DNA of 63,496 bases, filler included, from Octopus bimaculoides (Eukaryota): NCBI RefSeq assembly GCF_001194135.2. It is 6 parts of 5 records of this genome, joined end to end, with 100 filler letters (N's around TTAATTAATTAA, not from the genome) between each part and the next. Parts side by side here need not be neighbours in the genome. Positions count along the whole stretch, not along the records: positions 47,147 to 63,496 come from NC_068992.1; 5 more parts are not named here. One strand, given 5' to 3'. The notes under the pieces were generated by a model, which saw nothing but the letters and a program-made list of their open reading frames with translations, was not told where the DNA came from and searched no databases. The translations under genes were made by a program, and so were the position numbers. The first letter of the stretch is position 1. The number at the start of each line of letters is the position of its first letter. Below, piece after piece: positions 51,088 through 63,496 of the stretch.

Positions 51088-51664
51088 GCAGTACCAGGCA
51101 GTGGCTAATGACCTGATGCAGTACCAGATAGTGGCTCTCATGGCCTCTGATCGTAATTGATTGAAAATATCATCACGTACATTGTTTTGTCTTGGTATAA
51201 AGGATGTGCTACAGCAAATATTCTGCTCAATACCACATATTTTCTTGTCAGTTGTTTGACTTTAACCAGTTTAGCATTTCCCTTAGTGGCTGACAATATG
51301 TACATTTCTGATCACGATCAGAAGTAGTGGGAATCATGATAGCCGTTGTGGTGGGAAGAATTCTTTGTAGTGTGAATAATTCACTCCTGGAAATATGGGT
51401 GTTTCGTTCAACATCCTTGAACAACTCTTATTCCAGGACCATTTGAGCGGGATGGGCTACTCCACGTGAAGAAAATTCTAACTGGGCCGCAGCCTGCAAA
51501 ATCATGTGCTGTTTATTTTGATATGAAATCATCATGTCGCGCACATGTGGTTGCGATGCATATGCCTGGTGTACCCTTATCAGACGGGTTGTTATGAGGG
51601 GTATACTGGGCTTCGTATATTTTACCCCAGTTTCACATTGATGGCATGCACTGCTCTCTCACTC
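51088..51664 (+). mobile_element. Orphan ~570-bp (TAA)n-tailed repeat, longest copy
   Basis: (TAA)n on both sides, short 5' tandem duplication GCAGTACCAG, no tRNA boxes or ORF seen. Confidence 0.85.
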
Positions 51665-51705
51665 AATAATAATAATAATAATAATGATAATAATAATAAT
51701 AATAA

Positions 51706-53280
51706 TAATAACAAAGATAATCTATAAAATGTTCGTTAAAATTGTAAATCATCTCATACAGGGATTTAAAGCATTTTGCAAAAGTGACCTGCAAATACAG
51801 GGCTTATTAGCAATTGTAAAACATTTTAGTGATGATAATCAGGATGAAATTTGACATAGATAATTTCGCAAAATGACCTGTACCGCTACACGGAAAATAA
51901 GAGAAACATCCAATGTTAAACTTGACCAAGAAAATGCTATACAGGAGTTAGAACTAGAGGAAGGTTAGCAATACTTTGTGGTATATGAAGGTGATGGAAT
52001 TAGGCATTCAATGACGAGGGAAAATGTGTGAAAAGAATATTATCGCAGTGTAAGTGCAATACTCAAGAGACCGCTAAACGCAAGAAACAGGATCGACGCG
52101 ATTAATTCTTTAACTATACCGTTCGTGACTTACAGTTTCAATATTATTAATTGGTCAATTGCTGAAATATATAAGCTTGATAGAAATGTTTGAAAATTGT
52201 TGACAATGGACAGAACCTGCCACCCTAGAATAAATTCACTTGCTAAGAAAAGAGGATGGCAGTGAACTATTACAATTTGTAATGACAGTGGAGATTACAA
52301 CAATTGGTCTAAACACTTACCGGATGAATTCTGATGACTGGATGCTAAAATTTGTCTTAAAGCAGTGAAACAAGAAAACCGCATACTCAGTAACAAAAGA
52401 GCCAAGTATGTATCTAATACACCAAATCCCAGAATTAGATTACTGGAAACAATTGCAGAGAAAGCTAAACTTATGAAAACACTTGCTTAAACGGCTGCCC
52501 TAGATATATTCACTGATAAATTGCAAGAAAACCTCTCAATGGAAAATATCCAAAGTGCGCTAATAATGCTGAAACAGTAAAAACCCTTACCCGTCACTGA
52601 TTGGCGTCTTCTGGTTTACAACCACAGCAGCCCATGATCAATTCCTACTTATAAGAAACTACTAGGTCAACATCTTCAAAAATGGCAGTACGCCAACGTG
52701 TCCTCTATGTGAACAACAGTCAGAAACTATTGATGATACTGTTTCTATATGCAGCCCTTTTTGCAAAGTGTCATCTGCAAAACCAGGATCTGCCCCTTTA
52801 TAAAAGCTAATGGAAACATGAGCTACCTCCTTTGCAACATTACTCACTCCCATGCAACTTTACTGTTCAAACTGACAGAAAGATAGATGCAAATAGGCCA
52901 GACATTATACTAAAGGATTTCAGACAGACATCAATAGAACTAATCCAATCGACATAAATGTATCTACCAAGACCTACGAAACCTTGAGCAAGGATAAAGA
53001 TATTGAAATAGAAATTGGCAAAATTTAGAACATCAAACTACAACGATACCTGTTGCCATAGGCGCCCTAGGTATGATACCAAAAAGGGCTGATTGTTCCC
53101 TATCTTAGATACCAAGAATTCTAAAAATGGAAGAAATTCTAAAGATAGTGCTCATGATCATGGAAACTGCTCATATCCTAAGAAAAATAATGTCTACGTA
53201 ATTCCAAAAACATTTTCATCTGTGAATATTATCAAAAGTACTTTCAAAATAAATTTTAATGTCTTTGTTTTGATAGACAA
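51706..53280 (+). mobile_element. Decayed Dong-type LINE 3' half
   Basis: KEYYRSVSAILKRPLNARNRIDAINSL..., ANRPDIILKD, VAIGALG and METAHILRK. Confidence 0.8.
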
Positions 53281-53481
53281 CCTCTCTCGCTGTCACTCCC
53301 CCTCTCTCCCTCCCCCTCTCTTTCTCTCTCTGTTTATACAAACATTCACACACACACACACACACGCACACACGCACACACAAATATATAGACATTTATA
53401 CATGTACATAGATACATATATTCGCATACACAGACACACAGAGACACACACACACACACACACACACACATNNNNNNNNNN

Positions 53482-53516
<35 letters not shown>

Positions 53517-53589
53517 TATGTCTGTATATATGTGTGTATGTGTACCTATATATATACATTTATATACACACACCTGCGGCATGCATTTT

Positions 53590-54242
53590 GTTCGTAGGAG
53601 TGAATGTTTAAAGCATAATGTTCATATCAGACACGAGGTGCATTTAATCGATGTCCAGCAGCTTACCCTGGTGGGAGCGGTGGATGATTGGATGGACGCT
53701 TATACTTCAAGTTTCCAAGTTTGTATTCTTTCCTGTGCATGCAAGTCGAGACTATGTCCTCCCAGATATGTTAAACATTCATTGTCGATGTTATACTATC
53801 TAATTTTCCGTGATAGAGAGGTCAGATTTGCTACAATGGCACCAATGTTTGGTGGCATTAGCAATGATGCTTAAGTTAATATTGGGTTTCTTCACGTTTT
53901 GTATTTACGTCTCCAAACGATATTGGGTATAGATGTTGTACGTCTTTATTTTGGTCACTGAATGAAGAAAAATGTTGCGTATACTTATTCTTGAATTCAT
54001 TTTCCATCATTCCAGTGTACGTTTGTGTAAAAGTATGTATTTGTTTCGAAATCCCGTTCAGTTTAATGTAACCTTGTGTATTCGCATCAAAACTGAAAAC
54101 GAGTATCAAGACTTCTATGTTGCAAGTTTGAATAATTGTGAAGTTCTCTTCACATGAAATCATTGGTTGCATTGTGACTGAGTCATGAAGAATATCCTCC
54201 CACCAGATCTTTGTTGAGCACTCATGCTTGCTGCTGGATATT

Positions 54243-54312
<70 letters not shown>

Positions 54313-54540
54313 TTCAAAAAAAGGAAAAATACAAAAACAAAACAACAAAAAACAACAACGTGAGGACGTGATGCAGATTCTGTTACTAGACACTCGGGAA
54401 AGGAAAGAGAGAGAGTATGGCGTTTCGAGCGGAGCTCTTCGTCGGAAACAAGGAAATCCAAAGAAGGGAAAAACGGAGGAAGAAAAAAATCGCCACCGAT
54501 GTCCACAAATGATACATGAGTATAATCATGTATACATACA
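53590..54540 (-). mobile_element. Penelope-like element remnant (GIY-YIG, C-terminus) with pseudo-LTR-like segment
   Basis: TYTGMMENEFKNKYTQHFSSF (YIG/FK.RY..H-like) and DIVSTCMHRKEYKLGN C-terminal motif; hammerhead-like motif at 54415-54449. Confidence 0.7.
54415..54449 (-). ncRNA. Degenerate minimal hammerhead-like motif (U4C, U16.1C)
   Basis: GTTT-CCGACGA-A-GAGC tcc GCTC-GAAA-CGC-C-ATAC. Confidence 0.45.
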
Positions 54541-55028
54541 TGTATGTACATACCTACATCTACATGTGTATATAGATGCATATCCGGGTACAGGACGTCA
54601 GAACAAGGAACGGGAACATATAGCGCAAACACGGACTTTGTTTGCAGACAACGGAACGAAGGCTTTATGATAGGTTATGTTCGTTACCGTGTTGTTTAAG
54701 GTAAGCCAAAATGCCAGTATTTGATTCTCTATTGACGTTCGACAAACAACGTCTCACAAGTTTCATTCGGACATCAGTATTACAGCTAGCGACGTTCGTG
54801 TATACATGATAGACTTCGTACTAGTTAACTATTTTGATCCAATGCTGTTGCATGCGCTATTACATGCATACATAGACATGTGAGCGTGTCTGTATATATA
54901 TATATGTATATGCATGTATCTATCTACTATCACTGTATACACATAATAGATAGACATATAGAGAGATACATACATATGTATATATATGTATACATATATA
55001 TATATATATGCATATATGTGTATGTGTA

Positions 55029-55069
<41 letters not shown>

Positions 55070-57442
55070 GTGTTTGTACGTATGTGCCTCTCTGTACTTG
55101 TGGCGATTAGTCGGATGCTATACTAAATATCTGAGAGCTCGTGAGTGTGTTATCTATACCGCATGATTACAGATTTAATAGTAACATAGACGTATCTCAG
55201 AACCATATAATTAATAATTGTGTTAGAAGCTATGAAGTAATAATTTCTACCATAATCTGAAATGTAATGTAATCAACATAACTGTCTGCTTTGGATTAGA
55301 TTGTCAGTTACTTTCGATAAGAGTGTTAAATGATGCCATCACTGTAAGTATTCAGATGATAAATTAAAGGAATATTAGTTTGACAGACTATTGAACTGCT
55401 ATGACTTCGTGCCTGATCACGTCGTTAAATATTCTCTGTGGCATGTATAAGACAATGATCTGCAATAATATCCATAGCTACCATTAGAAAAGTCAAGATA
55501 ATGTTGCATACTTTTACTTTCGCTTTGGTGCAGGACAGGTTATATGAAGCAGAATGCAGAATTACTGTCAAATACATTAGAGCGTTTTTCATATTATTTC
55601 TAGATATATTATATCCGGGATAATATTGTGCCCTATATGGAGAGATGGTTTATACACAGATAAGCAGGGATAGAAGCTTATTGTGTAATGGCATCAATTT
55701 CGAGTATCTTCTATGACTGTAAAGAAGACAGAATTTGAAATTCAGGGAAAACAATGCCGTTCCCTATAAGTTGATACTGATTCACAGAAATGTACTGAGG
55801 AAGGTGCAATAGGAACATTTTGACACATCGAGTCAAAGTTTTATCATATTTCTTTGTTTACATTCTTCGGAGAAAGAAGATAAGAAGTGCATGTGTTGCC
55901 TTTAAGTAACAGTAGCTGTAATTGGAAACATCTTTACTATTGCAATGTCTTTATTATTTTCCAGTTCACCAAACATCAACTCCCAGTCTTAATACTGCTT
56001 GAAATGAAGTACTCTTTCCGAGACAGCATTTATATGTCAGTATATTTGACATCACCAAATTCAGAACGAATTTGTGTAATACATAACTAGTCAACTACTC
56101 AACATACACGTGCGACAGTGATGGGAAATGATGGATTCATTCTCAGCATGATATTACCTTGTTAGTAGTAAGAGGCAATGCTATCCAATTAGCAATTTAA
56201 AGGTAATATATGAAGGCAGAAAATATTCTACTGCATCCAATTTCCATCGTATGTTGTTAGTACGAGAAAACTGTCTGCATGACAGGATTGGAATTCTGAA
56301 ACGAAATGAGGAGCAAGAACGATGTCAATACCCAAAGATATCTACTAAAAGTTCCACCTGCGATATGCCATGCACGGATACCAGCAAGTAACAGTTAGAG
56401 CTTTTTATGAGATGAATTGTATATTCTAAAGCATAATAGAACGACACAGAAAATGTTAAATTGGCCGCGAAGAACTGGATACAAAAGTGAATATTTAGAA
56501 TTTTCCTAAGACGTTTCAATCCGACGGAGAAAATATCTTGCTATAGAGAAAGTGCATGTCAGTTAACAACAACAGTTATGACTACTTTAGCATTACTTTC
56601 GTTAGAGCCATCGTAATTTCTATCGACTACGACTATTTCTAATTATATGCTTCTATTCATAAAGTGGCAGTGTAGGATGCGATGGACATTTCTGTCATCT
56701 AATAAGGTCAGACATAAACAACATTTTCAATTTTTGCCCCAACCTTAAGTATTGTGTACTATACTAGACTAAACTATCTCTGAAAAGTTCTATTCGTTGA
56801 AATGATGTTATCAATTTTATCTTATTATAGTCTAGTTGTGTAGTAATTTTTCTAAGTTTCGGTATGTTTATGGGTGGCTGTGTCTTCAAATTATTGTTCC
56901 TCTCACTATAAATATTCTTTAATATAAATCCCATAATTCAGAATGAAGATTAACGCAGATTATAGAAGTGTAGATCTTGCGTTCGTTGACGCTGTTATTG
57001 TGAATTTTATTGTGGAGAAAATGTTGAGAACAGCTCCATTAAGCGTCCTAAAACTCATCACTTTCATGTGATCTAATTCAGTTTTATTGTTAATTATTAA
57101 CGTCAACTTATCCGCGAAATGATAAAAATCGATTCGTATAGAATACTTCTGCTGTAAAGGAAGTTATTGGAATTTATCTATTCGTTGTCTCACGAGACAA
57201 GAAAAAAAAAAAGAACACTTTCATAGCAACGACAGCAATAAAGGTGTTTCATAGAGTGTTTCTCCCTCTTTTACGTTTTAGACAAAATAAAAAAAACCGT
57301 TACGAATACATCCACTGTGTATGTATTTTAGTATAAGCAGCATTCTTTTTCACTGTGATAAAGATATCTTTGTGGACTGAAATTTTACTAGAAGAGGAAC
57401 GTGAGGGAGTGATATGAATTCTTGCATTGGAAAAAATAATAA

Positions 57443-57590
57443 TCCTTTCTACTATAGGCATAAGGCCTAAAATTTTAGGTGTGTATTCAATTGGTACCTA
57501 TTTTATCGATCCCAAGGGATGACGTGCACAGGTGATCTCAGCAGAATTTGAAGTCAGAACGTATAGACGGACGAAATGCCGCTACTACAA
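57443..57590 (-). mobile_element. Old SINE family C fragment
   Basis: CCTTTCTACTATAGGCATAAGGCC...GAATTTGAAGTCAGAACG. Confidence 0.7.
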
Positions 57591-57772
57591 AGAAGATGAC
57601 TTGATATGTTTAATCTTTTGGAGAGCTACTTCACGTATGAGACATTCTCATCGGTCGAATCGGCTGTCACGAAATGTTTTTGCAGAAGGTCCTCACTGTT
57701 TGAAGAGGAGCGCGATGCTGGTTTTCTTATTTTCATGTGTGTCACATTTTCCACAATGTTCTTTAAAAGCCT

Positions 57773-58195
57773 TTAATTCAATGATTGTGGCTGGTTCAGC
57801 TCACTTGATTCTTCGTGACACACATCTGTAATAAACTGTTCTCTTTTCTCGGTCTTCCATGATTCCAGGAGGCACAGACGCCCATAACCCACCGAGCTCA
57901 AAGTAAATAATGTTTCGAGCGAAAATATTACTTTGTACGCGCTAGTCACGTCAAAAAAGGTTATTTTTGATTCGTTATTGTCGTACTTGTTCTTATCCTC
58001 GTCGTTTAGTTTGCCGCTGGTTTCTTTTGTTGTTGTTGTTGTTGTGGTGGTTGTGGTGGTTGTGGTGGTGGCGTCGCTGACATTTCCTGCGTTGTTGCAT
58101 GTTTCTTGTGCTCGCACACTATTCAGGTTGCTGCTGATGTCGCTATGGTAATTGTTATTGCAGTTGCCTACACTCTCCATTTCACTCATGGGCAT
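57773..58195 (-). CDS. Candidate host coding exon, low-complexity N/T-rich N-terminus, product unknown
   Basis: 140-codon ORF in a GC/CpG-richer island with in-frame poly-Thr; possible donors AAA|gtaata after ITFFDVTSAYK or AA|gtgagc. No downstream exons identified. Confidence 0.35.
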   Translation of the reverse strand: MPMSEMESVGNCNNNYHSDISSNLNSVRAQETCNNAGNVSDATTTTTTTTTTTTTTKETSGKLNDEDKNKYDNNESKITFFDVTSAYKVIFSLETLFTLSSVGYGRLCLLESWKTEKREQFITDVCHEESSELNQPQSLN

Positions 58196-58479
58196 TTAGG
58201 GAACTGAGTGACGAAAGAAGGGGAGAGTCTTCTAATGTGGGAGAGATGGTTCAATGATCTGTCTCCCCTCGTTGCCACCATGATGGAAGTTGATGATTCC
58301 ATATTCTATGTATGTTTGCTATATTTTTAACTAGAAAGACATTATATGAAGGCAAAATATTCTCCTTTTCGGGACAAATACAACTACAGAACATTGGCCA
58401 GAATATTCCTGGTGACATACGAATTTGAACTAATGCTTACGCGTACAACGAAAGCAAAAACGCGAAAATTACAACTATA

Positions 58480-59058
58480 AACGAGACTCACATATTTTGG
58501 GTGAATGTACGTCTCTACTCTTCCACAGCGAATACAATCTTGGGCTTGGTTGAAAAGGGGGCAATAAAAAAAGAAAGAAAGCCTAATTGTAGCAAAACTC
58601 AAGCGATAAAAAACGAAAAACTTGAGATATAACACAAATGGAGAGAATGTGTCAGAAAAATGTAGAGCCTGTGGAACTTGGAACGCGACAGTGGAACACG
58701 TTGTGGAAAAATACTCCAAGTTAGCACAAGAAGAATATAAGAAATGGAGACACGATCAGATTGTAAAACTTTTACCCAGATAAACTGTGCCAGAAATGAG
58801 GATAGTTTGTTGTTCCTATAATAATCGGTGCGTTGGGAAAAGTAAGGCAAGATATAGACAAATGGTTGAGGGAGATTGGAATAGAATGCCCGGATAAGCT
58901 CCTACGGTAAGTTTGACTCTTCGGGACAGTAAGGATTATGAAGAGGGTTCTAAGCATTTCAAAGGCAGCTGAAAACTTGTGGATGAATAAGGCTACAGAG
59001 AGTAACATATTATCCACAGAAAATCCTACTAGGAATAAGACTCCACCTCAGCAAAACC
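58480..59058 (+). mobile_element. R4-clade LINE 3' end (zinc knuckle, RLE), (TAA)n tail
   Basis: SEKCRACGTWNATVEHVV...AQEEYKKWRHDQIV and FGTVRIMKRVLSI. Confidence 0.8.
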
Positions 59059-59087
59059 ATAATAATAATAATAATAATAATAATAAT

Positions 59088-59628
59088 GTACAAGATAGTA
59101 GCTCTCATGCTTTTGATGTTAATTGACTGGAAGTGTTATCATGTACATTGTTTTGTCTTGGTATAAAAGATGGGCTACAGCAGATATTCTGTTTAATACC
59201 ACAGATTTGCATGTAAGCTGCTTTACCTTAATCGGTTGAGTATGTCCCTTAGTGGCTGACAATATGTGCATCTCTCATCAAGAACAGAAGTACTGGGAAG
59301 CATGATAGCCATGTACTGAGAGGAATTCTTTGAGTTATGGATAATTCACGTCTGGAAACATGGGTGTTTCATTCAACATTCTTAAACAATCCTTCTTCAT
59401 GGACATTTACAGCGGGATGGGCTACTCGACCTGAAAAAAATCCTAACTGGGCCCCACCTGCGAGGTCATGCGCTGTTTATCTTCACGTGAGATCACCATG
59501 TCGCGCACATATGTCTGTGATGCATGTGCTTGGTGTACCCTTACCAGACGGGTAGTCATGGTGGGTAAACTGAGCTTCGTGTATTTAACCCCAGTGTCAT
59601 TTTGATAGAATGCGCTGCTCCCTCACAC
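59088..59628 (+). mobile_element. Orphan (TAA)n-tailed repeat
   Basis: Homologous to 51088-51664; sits in the (TAA)n tail of the preceding LINE. Confidence 0.85.
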
Positions 59629-59634
59629 AACAAC

Positions 59635-59700
<66 letters not shown>

Positions 59701-59706
59701 TATAAT

Positions 59707-60266
59707 AATTTGAAATAAACAGAAAACGGAGAAATATTGATCAGCAACAATTAATTAACATCGATTATTACTTTTTAATGAAAAGACTACATCCCATCTA
59801 ACAGCCGTTTCTGCTTCCAATGTTCCACGGCGTTGCTCTTATGGTAAATTTTTTATGTTACATTTTTATTACGTATACACCCTGTTACCCCTTAAGAAAA
59901 ATTAACCCACTAATTAACATGTTTAGTTTAATCATTTACTCAACGTCCTGAAGCATCACATGCAAAATGGTATGATTTAAATATATTAAGCATTTCTTCC
60001 TCTCCACGTGGCGCTTCTTTATTTTATGTTCTTTTCTTTTCTTTTTATGTATTTTTTTTTCACTCTGACGAAGCTCTATGTTCCAGATCGGATGAGTTAC
60101 AAAATATGAGGTATATCTTTCTCAAAATTTTCAATGGCAACACAGTGGAACATTAGAAGCAGAAACGGTTGTTAGATGGGATATAGTCTTTGTATTAAAA
60201 AGTAATAATCGATGTTAGTCAATTGATGTTGATCAATATTCCTCCATTTTCTGTTTACTTTAAATT
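59707..60266. repeat. Fold-back element, 130-bp arms around a ~300-bp spacer
   Basis: 59707-59836 is the imperfect reverse complement of 60137-60266. Confidence 0.9.
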
Positions 60267-60429
60267 TCATTCCGGATAAACTCATGTTTATCTTTATCAT
60301 TCTACGTATCCTATAAGCAAAATATGCTTGCATATATATGTCCGGGATTAACATAGGTAAATATACCGGTAGTATAACGGATACTTTTATCCCTTAGACC
60401 GTTATTCCAACCTGTAAATCTACTAATCT

Positions 60430-60507
<78 letters not shown>

Positions 60508-60539
60508 GTGACGATGATGATGATGAAAAGATGAAAATG

Positions 60540-61877
60540 AAAAAGAATACTAGTTAGATTAATACTGAAAACAGAGCTCAATGCGAAGAACAATATAGAT
60601 AATAGGTATCAACACTAGCCAGGCAAGCTATGTGATACATCTACAATCTTCTTAACTGGACTCTAAATAAACTAATCGAAATAGACAGGAAAACAAGACA
60701 ATTAATGACAGGATCTAGGACGCACCACCCAAAATCTGACATAGAAAGGTTATATTTACAACGTGTGGTAGGTGGTAGAGGCCTCATAGAGCTAGGAAAT
60801 AATTACAAGATAATCACGATAGGACTACAGAAATACCTACATTAGAAGCAAGGAAAACTAATACAAATAGCCACAAAGCACGAACGAAACAAAAAGAACT
60901 GTTTTCAGATTTCAAGGAAGGGGACAGACACAAACAAGAAGTTTTCGTCCTTAATAATTAAGAAAAAGAAGAAACAACAAAAGCTGTTAAACAGTTGAAC
61001 TCCAAACTGAAACTGGAACTACAATGGATCATGATAAAACGATGGCAAGAAAAGCCCCTCAATGGCAAATACTGGATTAATCTAAACAAAAAAGACATAG
61101 ACAAAGCAAAATCCCAACAACGGCTGAGAAGTCCAAGGTTCAAAGCAGAGACTGAAGAATTTTTACTTGCAGCACAAGACCCAAATCTCCTCACCAGAAA
61201 TTACCAAAAACATGTAATGAAAAGAAATACAAGTAACTGTAGAATATGTGGAGATGGACAAGAAAGAGTAAATCATATTGTCTCTGGCTGCCCAGTCCTG
61301 ACAAAGAAGAAATATATTCACAGACTAGTCAGAGCTGGGATCTATATACACTGGAAGCTGTGACAAGACTATGGAATAACAACAGAAAAACGATGACATA
61401 GGCACACGCCAGAATAGGTCAAAGAAAACGAGAAAGCAACCATACTCTGGGACACGCCAATAAATAAAGATACAAAAATTAAGGCCAATAGGCCGGATAT
61501 AGTTGTCTGAGATTATGAAGACGAAAGAAATTTCTAATTGATGTATGAATACCAACAGATGATAACGTTTCTCTAACAGAAACGGAGAAACTTTCAAAAT
61601 ACACAGAGCAGGAAATAGAGTTAACTCGAATATGGAGTCTAAAAACAGGTGAATTATGTATGATGAAAAATATTGAGACAAATACATAACAAAACACCAG
61701 GACTAACAACTATACATAACATACAAAAATAGCACTACTAGGTACCGCATATGTCCTTCGTAAATCGCTTTCAATACAATAAGAATAAGAGCATCACAAA
61801 ATACCACAGCACATACCAAAGGCATACAGAACTGGGCTCGGTAGTGCAGTGAAAACACGTAAAAATAAGACTACTGA
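60540..61877 (+). mobile_element. Dong-type LINE 3' half
   Basis: HHPKSDIERLY, LAAQDPNL, CRICGDGQERVNHIVSGC (CCHC), NRPDIV and 3' UTR. Confidence 0.9.
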
Positions 61878-61884
61878 ATAATAA

Positions 61885-62614
61885 TCAAAGCCTCCCCAGC
61901 AGAAATTACCAAAAACATATAATGAAAAGAAACATAACAAGTAACTGTAGAATATGTGGAGATGGACAAGAAACAATAAATCATATTATCTCTGGCTGCC
62001 CAGTCCTGGTTAAGAAGGAATACATTCACAGACACGACAGAGCTAGGACCTATATACACTGGAAGTTATGCCAACGCCATGGAATAACAACAGAAAAAAG
62101 ATGGTATAAACACACGCCAGAAAAGGTCACAGAAAACGAGAAAGCAACCATACTCTGGGATATGCCAATACACACAGATAGAGAAATTAAGTCAAATAGA
62201 CCAGATATAGTTGTCAAAGATCATGAAGAAAAAAATACTTTCTAATTGATGTATCAATACCCGCAAATGACAACGTTTCTCTAAAAGAAATGGAAAAACT
62301 TTCAAAATACAAAGACCTGGAAATAGAGGTAACTCGAATGTGGAATCTAAAAACAGAAACAATTCCTATTATAGTAGGTGCCTTAGGTATAATAAAAAAA
62401 TATTCAGACAAATACATAAGAAAAACACCAGGACTTACAAATATATATAACATACAGAAAATTGCACTACTGGGCACTGCACACATCCTACGCAAAACAC
62501 TTTCAATACAGTAACCATAAGAGCATCACATCAAACCACAGCACATACCCAAGGCGCACAGAGCTGCGCTCGGTAGTGAAGTGAAATCACGTTATAAAAA
62601 TAAAACTACTGAAC
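61885..62614 (+). mobile_element. Younger 5'-truncated Dong-type LINE (CCHC + PD-(D/E)xK endonuclease + 3' UTR)
   Basis: CRICGDGQETINHIISGC...NRPDIVVKD [one frameshift] ...EKLSKYKDLEIEV...IIVGALG...LGTAHILRKTLSIQ*. Confidence 0.92.
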
Positions 62615-63496
62615 AATAATAATAAATCTCTAAAACCACTAATGCTGAAGCTACTAACCACGTTTTCCCAGATTCTATAAATTTTGAACACAAACGGCGC
62701 TATCTCAAATGCGGTTATAAAAAGCGATGCTGTTCGAAACAAATTCCATTTCAGACACGAGACGCTGTCGAACAACTTTATTTTCATGATACATATATCA
62801 CCTGAATTCCAGGAGCATTGATTATAAATTGCAAATGTCTCCATGTTGTACTACAAAAATTTATAATGCAGACAGAATCCCATGACGATTCTTCTTAAAT
62901 AATATATTACAAATGCTCAAAGCAGCCTTCTAAAAGTAGAAAATAATCTATCATTACCTGCTTACACAGCGGATCTAAAACCTTCAAATTCTAGGAGAAA
63001 ATAACAATGCAACCAACAACAAACTTGAAATTTACTAATATTTAGCAGGATTACTATGGACGCATGTTGCAAATACATTATTCTCACTCCACTTCTCTTT
63101 TACTCTCAATACTTATTACCGTCTCTCTCTTTGTCTTTCTCTCTCTCTCACACACACACTCTCTCTTTTTCTGTATGTTTGTATATATATATATTACATA
63201 ATTATACATTGTGCGTATATTCTTGCTTACGTGAATATATCTGTATAAATATATGTATAAATACATGATTGGGTGTGTGCATATATATATANNNNNNNNN
63301 NACACGAGTGTCTGTGTGTTAGTTACTATTTGTGTAAATGTGTGTCTATGTGTATTCAATTGATTGTTTATCTAAGAAACTACATGTGATCCATTGTCCC
63401 ACCAAATTGAGACATTGTAACTGGAAGAAAAGTTTGATCTTTGAACGCCTAACACAAGCGAATTCCACACTGTCCATTACTCCTATCTAATATATA

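Noticed and set aside
53666-53733. Apparent exon KEYKLGNLKYKRPSNHPPLPP with a GTAAGC donor
   Set aside because: Better explained as the C-terminus of the Penelope-like ORF (DIVSTCMHRKEYKL).
57773-58195. Naming this ORF serine/aspartate racemase or an F-box protein
   Set aside because: Only ~11 loosely similar residues; the diagnostic downstream motifs were not found.
58185-58302. Antizyme-like programmed frameshift
   Set aside because: No TCC-TGA shift site, wrong frame relation and no antizyme similarity.

Overview
Repeat-dense, AT-rich animal genomic scaffold from a gapped draft assembly. The SINE families, (TAA)n-tailed R4/Dong-type LINEs and very high microsatellite load suggest a coleoid cephalopod, probably Octopus; this is recalled, not searched. 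Most of the window is transposon relics: three tRNA-derived SINE families, about ten R4/Dong-clade LINE pieces, RTE, Tx1/L1 and CR1 LINE fragments, two mariners, a pogo/Tigger piece, three Penelope-like GIY-YIG remnants and a ~570-bp orphan (TAA)n-tailed repeat. Most ORFs in the supplied track are microsatellite, gap or antisense artefacts. Two things stand out. (1) A candidate minus-strand host gene (exons 8279-8348 and 7380-7502) has strong splice sites and encodes a signal peptide plus an unrecognised 6-Cys domain. (2) A dispersed set of minimal hammerhead-ribozyme-like motifs, several embedded in inverted repeats; each has at least one non-canonical feature, including a recurrent CCGANGA core. 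There is also a possible decayed HDV-like ribozyme at a LINE 5' end. No tRNA/rRNA genes or CRISPR arrays are supported. All structures were parsed by eye and need computation and experiment.
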